Positions 57,076 to 64,000 of a DNA stretch of 64,000 bases are shown here, piece by piece (positions within the stretch are counted from its first letter, which is position 1; every line of letters starts with the position of its first letter). The DNA is taken from positions 133,611-197,610 of the forward strand of contig CAVQOG010000002.1 in the NCBI GenBank assembly GCA_963714375.1, given 5' to 3'. The DNA comes from an uncultured Acidimicrobiia bacterium (lineage in GTDB: Bacteria > Actinomycetota > Acidimicrobiia > Spongiisociales > UBA5794). Below the pieces are notes generated by a model that made no database searches, had not been told where the DNA came from, and worked only from the letters and a program-made list of their open reading frames with translations. Position numbers and translations under genes: made by a program.

Positions 57076-58158
57076 ATGCGGCGACGTATCGGATCTCTCT
57101 TCGACTCACCATTTCTTCGACGTGTCCAGTGGCATTTGAAGCGTGTGAGCGGAAAAGTCGACCGCCGATTCTTCCTGTCACTGTTCGCCTTTCTCGTCAT
57201 CTTCCTCGCCATCGCCTCCGCCATTGTGTGGTTCACCGAAACGGATCAGACGCTCGCCGAGCTTTGGCGGTCGTGGTATTGGGCGGGAGCGACCGTCCTT
57301 GGCCTCGGTACGGGCGATCTGGTGGGGCGCCCCATCGGATGGTTCATGAGCTGGGTTCTTGGAGTTTTCGGAGTTGCGATCGTCGCTCTCTTGACCGGAG
57401 CCCTCGTCGGGTTTGTCATCGATTTCCTCTTGAAGGAGGGACAAGGAATGGGAGCAGCAGGCTATCGAGACCACATTGTCGTGTGTGGTTGGAACTCGAC
57501 CGCACGAGATCTGATCGCGGAGTTGGCTGGGGACGAGTATGCGACGAAGCTTGTGCTCCTCCACGACTCGGAACGCAATCCTGCGGACGGCTCCGTCTAT
57601 TTCGTTCGGGGTGACACCACCAACGAGGAGGATCTCAAACGGGCAGGGATCGAAACCGCCGTATCGGCAATCATCTGTCCCGTTGATGGATCGAGCGAAG
57701 CCGACATGCGGTCCATCCTGACAGTGCTCGCAATCGAAACGATGGCTCCCCACGTCCGCACGGTGGTCGAAGTCAACAATCCGAACCATGTCGCGCATTT
57801 TGAACGAGCCAATGTGGACGAGGTCATGGTGACGTCAAGGCTCGCATCGCATCTCCTCGCAAGAACCTCGCTGTATCCGGGCCTGTCGCGGCTCGTGGCG
57901 GACATCGTGTCAGGTGGTGAAGGCTCGGAGCTCTATCGGGTTGGACTCCCCGAGAGCTGCATCGGGATGTCCATTGACGACTTGTCCACCTACATGCGTG
58001 CGAACCATCGCGCGACCTTGCTGGCTGTGTGTCGCGGTGACGAAACGCACACCAACCCTGAGGAAGGTTTTCGTATCGAAGCAGGAGACGACCTCATCGT
58101 TCTTGCAGAGACGCTCGGCGAACTCAAACCGCTACGCGAGGCATCGGTTCGTGGGTGA
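57076..58158 (+). CDS. 2-TM ion channel with RCK (TrkA-N/TrkA-C) domains
   Basis: TM-pore-TM then HIVVCGWN, FVRGD....DLKRAGI..A, TrkA-C IEAGDDLIV; filter region ATVLGLGTGD. Confidence 0.85.
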   Translation: MRRRIGSLFDSPFLRRVQWHLKRVSGKVDRRFFLSLFAFLVIFLAIASAIVWFTETDQTLAELWRSWYWAGATVLGLGTGDLVGRPIGWFMSWVLGVFGVAIVALLTGALVGFVIDFLLKEGQGMGAAGYRDHIVVCGWNSTARDLIAELAGDEYATKLVLLHDSERNPADGSVYFVRGDTTNEEDLKRAGIETAVSAIICPVDGSSEADMRSILTVLAIETMAPHVRTVVEVNNPNHVAHFERANVDEVMVTSRLASHLLARTSLYPGLSRLVADIVSGGEGSELYRVGLPESCIGMSIDDLSTYMRANHRATLLAVCRGDETHTNPEEGFRIEAGDDLIVLAETLGELKPLREASVRG

Positions 58159-58239
58159 ATCGCAACGATCCGCGTGGAATCGGGCTGTGGTCGCGCGTCC
58201 AAGCGGCCGATAGGATTCTGAACGTGGTGAGGAGCTGAC

Positions 58240-58713
58240 ATAAGAACCCTGACGATGCTGGCCATCGCGGCTCTGACCTTGTCGGCATGCGCAGCCGAAG
58301 GATCAGAAACGTCGGATGCTGGTTTCGTGAATTCCTCCACCCTTGCACAGACTCCAGTCACAACCGCACCCAACGCTCTGACGTCTCCGTCGACAACCAC
58401 CTCAATCCCGCCGACCTCCACCGCGCTCAAAGCAACGACAACAACTACCCGGCGTGCCACGACAACCACATCAACGACCACTACCCGGCCGACGACAACC
58501 TCGACATCTTCGAGCACCACCACGACGACCGCCGCGCCGGCACCCGAGCCCGCCTGCCACCCTTCCTACATTCCCTGTCTCGAGATTGTGAGCGACTACG
58601 ACTGCAAGGGCGGGAGTGGCAACGGCCCGTACTACACGGGCCGAGTCCAGGTGATCGGGCCTGATGATTACGATCTCGACCGCGATGGCGACGGCATAGG
58701 CTGCGACAAATAG
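58240..58713 (+). CDS. Lipoprotein with Thr-rich stalk and C-terminal Cys/Ca-binding (excalibur-like) domain
   Basis: LSAC lipobox; CHPSYIPCL...DYDC.GGSGNGP...GPDDYDLDRDGDGIGCD; start is ATG 58255 or ATA 58240. Confidence 0.78.
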   Translation: MRTLTMLAIAALTLSACAAEGSETSDAGFVNSSTLAQTPVTTAPNALTSPSTTTSIPPTSTALKATTTTTRRATTTTSTTTTRPTTTSTSSSTTTTTAAPAPEPACHPSYIPCLEIVSDYDCKGGSGNGPYYTGRVQVIGPDDYDLDRDGDGIGCDK

Positions 58714-58843
58714 GCCAACCCACACCGGCGGGCTCTATTCGAAGCAAGGAAGCGGCCGGAAGGGAAAAGGGATCGCGCGGCCTGGGTGATGTCGCTCACC
58801 GTCGAGATCCACATCTCGAACTGAGCCCGCTGGCACCGCCAAG

Positions 58844-59500
58844 TTATGGGCCTGACGGTTGGGGGACACGGAAGCTCGTGGCAAGGAAGTAGACGGAAAC
58901 GACAAAGACCCAAGCCGGGAAGATCAACGAGATCCAGAGGCTGTAGCTGATCACGATCGCCAATGCACCGGCAAGGACATAGGTGGCAATGCTGAGCCAG
59001 GGAGGCAAGGCCTTCGTACGAAGACCGACCGTTCCAAGGGAGACCATGAAGACCGCTGCCATGCGAATCGAGTACACGTTGCTGATCTGGTAGACAACGT
59101 CCCTGCCAAAGGTGTAGACCCCACTGTCGAACATCTCCTCGGCGACCGTCCCATAGGTGACCAGCAATGAACCCGCCACTGCGGCCGAGACGAACACCAT
59201 CGCGAGAAAGAGGAGACCGGACCCGGTGTAGATCGTCGAAAAGAAGCGGTCCTCGTGGTCTCCGATTCTGTCCCGAACCACTCCCATGAACCAGAGAAAG
59301 GCCACCCCGGCGAAGGGGACGAGCCCGACAGCGAACTTGACGTAACCGACTCGCTCGTTCAGCCATGTCGCGTCGGTCAGGTCTGTCGGAACCGACAACC
59401 GGAGCAGGACGTAGGCCGTTCCGAGGAGCACCGCAAAGATGATCCCGGCGAACGCCGCTGAGCGCGGTGTCCGCAACCTTCGTTCGACCGTCGACGCCAT
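58844..59500 (-). CDS. Conserved-looking actinobacterial membrane protein (about 6 TM)
   Basis: LRTPRSAAFAGIIFAVL, LVPFAGVAFLWFMGVVRDRIG..EDRFF.T...GSGLLFLAM; GAGGAGG RBS. Confidence 0.75.
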   Translation of the reverse strand: MASTVERRLRTPRSAAFAGIIFAVLLGTAYVLLRLSVPTDLTDATWLNERVGYVKFAVGLVPFAGVAFLWFMGVVRDRIGDHEDRFFSTIYTGSGLLFLAMVFVSAAVAGSLLVTYGTVAEEMFDSGVYTFGRDVVYQISNVYSIRMAAVFMVSLGTVGLRTKALPPWLSIATYVLAGALAIVISYSLWISLIFPAWVFVVSVYFLATSFRVPQPSGP

Positions 59501-59801
59501 AGTGCCTCCTCAAAGCCGACCGCAGCTCTGGCCCACCGACAAACCAGCTCGTCGGCAAAGCATCAACCACGCATGCGCCGGATTTGCGGACCCCCGCTGG
59601 CGGAATCCGTGACCGGTTGATCTGTCCGACAACAGTAATCCTGGCGCAGAGATGGGGCCATTCGACACCTCTCACGACGATCATCGCGTCCCTCCATGCC
59701 TCCGGTTCTGACGTCCCCAACGGACGTCATAGCGCAGGATCGGCTGTCATAATCCGGTCTGTAGCGCACCGCAACATCCTGCACAGAACCGAGGCGACGC
59801 C

Positions 59802-62519
59802 ATGGCCATGACCGACCGAATCCCGTCAACTTCGCGCTGGTACGCGATTGGTCCCGAGGAAGTCACGAGCCAGCTCGGGACCGATGCTGAACACGGTCTC
59901 GCACCAGACGAGGTCGAGCGACGTATTGCCATCTACGGGGCGAACGTGATAGCGAGTGATCCCCCTCCGACCACGTGGCAGACAGCCAAGGGACAACTCG
60001 CCAACCCCATGAACATCATGCTGTTGATCGTCAGCATCGCGAGCCTTGGGATCGGACAGATTCCAACCGGCCTCGTTGTGGGGGCGTTGGTCCTATTCAA
60101 TGTGATCATGGGGACAAACCAGGAGCGCAAGGCATTGGCGAGCGTCGAGGCGCTCTCCCAACTCCAGGTTCCGACTGCCCGGGTGCGCCGCTCCGACCGG
60201 GTCGAGGAGGTGGAATCCAGTGGCCTCGTCCCTGGCGATATTCTGCTCCTCGAAGCCGGCGATGTCGTGCCTGCTGATGCTCGGATCGTGAGCTCTGCAT
60301 CCCTCGAGGTGCAGGAAGCATCGCTCACCGGCGAGAGCGCTCCGATTGCCAAGGACGCTGAAACCCTTGCCGACGAGGAAGCCGCCCTCGGCGATCGGAC
60401 GAATTTGGTGTTCCAGAACACGCAGGTCACCCGCGGTTCGGCGGTGGTCGTCGTGGTTGCCACCGGCGCGGACACCCAAATGGGACATATCGCTGACATG
60501 GTTGCAGCGACGAAACGAACGAAGTCCCCCCTGCAACTTGAGTTGGATGGCCTCACGAAGGTCTTCGGATTCCTGGCCTGGGGCGCCGTTGCCATCATCG
60601 CCATTGTTGGAATCGCCAGGGGCCAAGAAACGGAAACACTCGTTCTGCTTGCGATTTCGACGGCGATCTCGGCGATACCCACGGGGCTGCCGACGTTCGT
60701 TCAGCTGATGCTCTCGTCCGGTGCCCAGCGACTCGCTGAGCACAAGGCGGTCGTCAAATCCCTCACGGATGTCGAGACACTCGGCGGCACGACAGTGATC
60801 AACTCCGACAAGACCGGCACCCTGACCATGAACGCCATGACCGCGACCACCATGCTCACGGGTGGTGAGTGGTACACGATTGAGGGTGGTGGCTACGCCA
60901 AAACAGGCGCAATCAGGGGTGTCGCTGGCGCGGTAGCCCCCGATTTCACCAGGTTGGCGCTCGGCCTGGCCCTGTGCAGCGATGCAACCGTGGCCGACGA
61001 CGAATCGATCATCGGCGATCCGACAGAGGCCGCGTTGGTCGTCCTCGCTGCCAAGGCCCAGGTTGACGCGGAGCAGACCAGACGTGCGTTTCCCAGGCTC
61101 GCCTCCGTTCCATTCGATTCTGAGTACAAGTTCATGGCCACGTTCCACGAGGTCCCGCCGAACGCCGTGACAGAGCTCAAGCAATTCTCATACATCATGG
61201 CCGTCAAAGGCGCTCCCGATGTCGTCATCGACCGCTCCGCATCCGCTCTATGGCACGGACAGAATGAACCGATGGCACATGTGCGCGATGAGATTCTTAC
61301 AGCAAATAGGGAGCTTTCCGAAAAGGGTCTCCGCGTGTTGGCCTTCGCTGCAAAGGGCCTTTCCGAGGCTGAGTTCGCCGCAGCAAAGGCCGATCCGATA
61401 TCCGCTGTGATCGACCTTGATCTGATCTCGCTCGTGGGCATCATCGACCCACTCCGCGCCGAGGCCAAGGACGCCGTTGCACAAGCGCTCGCTGCAGGCA
61501 TCGATGTTCGGATGATCACCGGTGACCACACGATCACTGCTCGGGCGATTGCCGACGAGTTGGGACTCGGACCGGGAGTGATCACGGGAACCGACCTGGC
61601 CGCCCTTGACGACGAGACCGTGATCGCCCAGCTCCCTGAGTTGCACGTGTTCGGGCGGGTCGCTCCCGAGGACAAGGTGCGTCTTGCCAGGCTGATGCAG
61701 GAATCCGGAGAAGTCGTCGCCATGACGGGTGATGCCGTCAACGATGCCGCCGCCCTCAAGCAAGCAGATATCGGCGTTGCCATGGGGTCTGGCTCAGAGG
61801 TGACCAAACAGGCAGGCAAGCTCGTCCTCACCGACGACAATTTCGCCACCCTTGTGCGAGCCGTCGACCTCGGCCGAGACATCTACCGACGAATCTCGTC
61901 CTACATCAAGTTGCAACTCACGGTGCTGTCCTCGGTCCTCCAGCTGATGCTGCTGGCAACGATCTTCAACATCAACGAGGGCGTCGCCCTGTTCCCGATG
62001 ATGCTGCTGTTCGCAAAGTTCTTCGTGATCGCCACGGTGGTCATCGGCTTCATTGTCGATGTCCCTGACCCGAGTGTCATGGAACGCCCTCCGCGCGTAC
62101 CAGGAACGAAGATTGCGACACGGTCTCAAAGTGTCCGGTGGGCCATCGGTGGGTTCCTGATCGCCGCCCCTGCCCTCGCGTTGCTTGAGATCGGACCCGA
62201 CGATCCGAGCACCACCGTTGGATCAGCATCCATGACCATGGCATTCGCTGTCGTTGCCCTTGCAGGGGTGAACAACGGACTGGTTCTGCGCCGCGAGCGC
62301 CAGGCCTGGTGGTCGGCGCCACTGTTCCCATATATGGGTTGGGTGATGCTTGGTTGGTTCCTCACGTGGGCTGCAGTTGAGCTCGGGATGTTCCAGCGCT
62401 TGCTCGTCACGGTCTCGCTCACCGGCGGTCAATGGCTGGTTGCGATCGCGCTGTCCCTCGTAGGCCCGCTCTACGTGGCCATCGACAAATCAATCCAGAT
62501 GCGGCGATCCCACACGTGA
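59802..62519 (+). CDS. P-type ATPase (P2-like architecture) with non-canonical ion site
   Basis: LTGES, SDKTGTLT, GDPTE, KGAPD, MITGDH, TGDAVND; TM4 AIPTGLP; about 10 TM. Confidence 0.9.
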   Translation: MAMTDRIPSTSRWYAIGPEEVTSQLGTDAEHGLAPDEVERRIAIYGANVIASDPPPTTWQTAKGQLANPMNIMLLIVSIASLGIGQIPTGLVVGALVLFNVIMGTNQERKALASVEALSQLQVPTARVRRSDRVEEVESSGLVPGDILLLEAGDVVPADARIVSSASLEVQEASLTGESAPIAKDAETLADEEAALGDRTNLVFQNTQVTRGSAVVVVVATGADTQMGHIADMVAATKRTKSPLQLELDGLTKVFGFLAWGAVAIIAIVGIARGQETETLVLLAISTAISAIPTGLPTFVQLMLSSGAQRLAEHKAVVKSLTDVETLGGTTVINSDKTGTLTMNAMTATTMLTGGEWYTIEGGGYAKTGAIRGVAGAVAPDFTRLALGLALCSDATVADDESIIGDPTEAALVVLAAKAQVDAEQTRRAFPRLASVPFDSEYKFMATFHEVPPNAVTELKQFSYIMAVKGAPDVVIDRSASALWHGQNEPMAHVRDEILTANRELSEKGLRVLAFAAKGLSEAEFAAAKADPISAVIDLDLISLVGIIDPLRAEAKDAVAQALAAGIDVRMITGDHTITARAIADELGLGPGVITGTDLAALDDETVIAQLPELHVFGRVAPEDKVRLARLMQESGEVVAMTGDAVNDAAALKQADIGVAMGSGSEVTKQAGKLVLTDDNFATLVRAVDLGRDIYRRISSYIKLQLTVLSSVLQLMLLATIFNINEGVALFPMMLLFAKFFVIATVVIGFIVDVPDPSVMERPPRVPGTKIATRSQSVRWAIGGFLIAAPALALLEIGPDDPSTTVGSASMTMAFAVVALAGVNNGLVLRRERQAWWSAPLFPYMGWVMLGWFLTWAAVELGMFQRLLVTVSLTGGQWLVAIALSLVGPLYVAIDKSIQMRRSHT

Positions 62520-62986
62520 CAACTTGGGTCCGTTCGAGTGGGGACCGTTGACAATCCTGTTATGTAACGGATTCGGTACCTCAACGAGCTGGGCAGAGGC
62601 AAGCCGTCGGAAAGGATCCTGCGCACGTAACGACTCCAAAAGGTCGTGACAAACATCCGCCCTCGTGCATTGGCGTGATCGGAGCCTGGGTCGTGGAATT
62701 GGGTGTGGCTCGGCGCCGGATCACCAGTACTTCCGCTCTCCGGAGTGGGGCATCGCGTGTACCCCTGAGATCCCCGAAACGGCGGGTTCGTGCAGTTCGG
62801 ACGTGCAAACATGGGACGTCCCCGAGGCGCTGACTCGCGATACATAGTGTAGAATATGGCTATGCACAGCCAGCGTGAACCACTGTTCGGACAACGGCAC
62901 CTAGGGCCAGCGTGCGTCAGCAACCCGAACACCACGATCATCAAAGACGATGCCAGTCGTTGCCTTCGGGCGGGAGCGAACCACGC

Positions 62987-64000
62987 GTGACTGTAGAGGC
63001 ATCGACACAAGATCTGACCGTGCCACCCAACCCGCACGGTTCCACGATCGAACAAGTCTCAGGTCAACTCGGCGTGGATCCCAGCCGGGGTTTGACGGCT
63101 TCGGAAGCTCAAAGGCGTCTGACGGTCCACGGGCCGAATCATCTCGCTGCGAAGAAGCAAGAGTCGGGTTGGCAGGCTTTCCTCCGTCAGTACCGCGACT
63201 TCATGCAGATCGTCCTCCTTGGTGCGGCCGTCATCAACATCGTGTTCACGGATGAGCTTGCCACAACTCTGGTACTCGTCGGCCTCACCGTATTCAACGC
63301 CGTCTTGGGCCTGAGCCAGGAGGCCAAGGCCGAGGCAAGCCTGGCCGCTCTGTCCCAAACGATGAAGAGCATCGCTCGAGTCCGTCGTGATGGAGATGCG
63401 ATCGAGATCGATGCCGCCGAGATCGTTCCGGGCGACATCGTATTGGTGGAAGCCGGCAATGTCGTACCGGCAGACGGTCGCCTGCTTGTTGCAGCGACTC
63501 TCGAAATCGAAGAGGCTGCCCTGACCGGCGAGAGCACCCCCACCCTCAAGACCATTGACGTCATCGAGGGGTCGGACGTTGCCCTTGGAGACCGCCTCAA
63601 CATGACGTTCATGAACACCTCAGTCACCCGCGGCCGCGGTGAGTTGATCGTGACCGCTACCGGGATGGACACCGAGATCGGCCACATCGCCGATCTCCTC
63701 AACAAGACCGAGACCGATAAGACACCTCTGCAAAAGCAGCTGGATCGCCTGACGATCACGATCGCCGGACTGGCAGGGCTCGCTTTCGTCCTGATGGTCA
63801 TCCTTGGGATTCGCAACGACCAAGAGCTGGACGCAATTTTTGTCTCGGGTGTCGCCTTGGCAATCTCGGCAATCCCTACCGGTCTCCCCGCAGTGGTCAC
63901 CACCTTGTACTCGATGGGAGCCAGAGCCCTCGCGGCGATGAACGCCATCGTCAAGCGGTTGCCGTCCGTGGAGACACTCGGATCCGTCTCCGCGATCTGC
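62987..64000 (+). CDS. Second P-type ATPase (P2-like), 3'-partial; missing from the ORF track
   Basis: GTG 62987: MTVEASTQ...GLTASEAQRRL..HGPN...VPGDIVLVEAG..VPADGRL...ALTGES...AIPTGLP...VETLGSVSAIC, running off the window edge. Confidence 0.88.
   Translation, partial: MTVEASTQDLTVPPNPHGSTIEQVSGQLGVDPSRGLTASEAQRRLTVHGPNHLAAKKQESGWQAFLRQYRDFMQIVLLGAAVINIVFTDELATTLVLVGLTVFNAVLGLSQEAKAEASLAALSQTMKSIARVRRDGDAIEIDAAEIVPGDIVLVEAGNVVPADGRLLVAATLEIEEAALTGESTPTLKTIDVIEGSDVALGDRLNMTFMNTSVTRGRGELIVTATGMDTEIGHIADLLNKTETDKTPLQKQLDRLTITIAGLAGLAFVLMVILGIRNDQELDAIFVSGVALAISAIPTGLPAVVTTLYSMGARALAAMNAIVKRLPSVETLGSVSAIC

Noticed and set aside
62520-62986. Riboswitch (c-di-GMP-I or yybP-ykoY) between the P-type ATPases
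   Set aside because: GGCAAGCC...GAAA resembles c-di-GMP-I, but the stem does not pair and no yybP consensus is visible; an Rfam scan would settle it

Overview
High-GC bacterial DNA, most likely an actinobacterium (inferred from an F420-dependent nitroreductase, an MMPL transporter, a Streptomyces SigE-type ECF sigma factor and DUF3558-like lipoproteins; an Acidimicrobiia-like origin is a guess). It is an accessory, mosaic region. I found no rRNA, tRNA, CRISPR array or transposase. Main points: (1) Two probable selenoproteins are cut short by the ORF track: a radical SAM enzyme with a C-terminal WFC-U-AEP tail (662..2044) and a peroxiredoxin/redoxin-like protein with a W-U-PYC motif (19569..18880). 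Both have a hairpin and a shared GCCAGYTGG sequence just after the UGA. (2) An ECF sigma/anti-sigma locus where the same promoter, GTCACCC-N16-CGTCTGT, precedes both the sigma gene and a free-standing copy of the anti-sigma membrane domain, next to an exported Cu/Zn-SOD-like protein. (3) A LuxR-STAND regulator with a candidate operator, TGAGTAGGC-N11-AATGAGTA, found in front of a giant repeat surface protein and, 7 kb away, in front of two lipoprotein genes. (4) Many surface lipoproteins: six DUF3558-like domains, two GH5-discoidin proteins and two HExxH metallopeptidases. (5) Two tandem P-type ATPases with PTGL instead of PEGL, plus a P1B-5 ATPase. (6) Three toxin-antitoxin pairs and several deletion or frameshift scars. 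All calls come from motif recognition by eye; no database searches were run.
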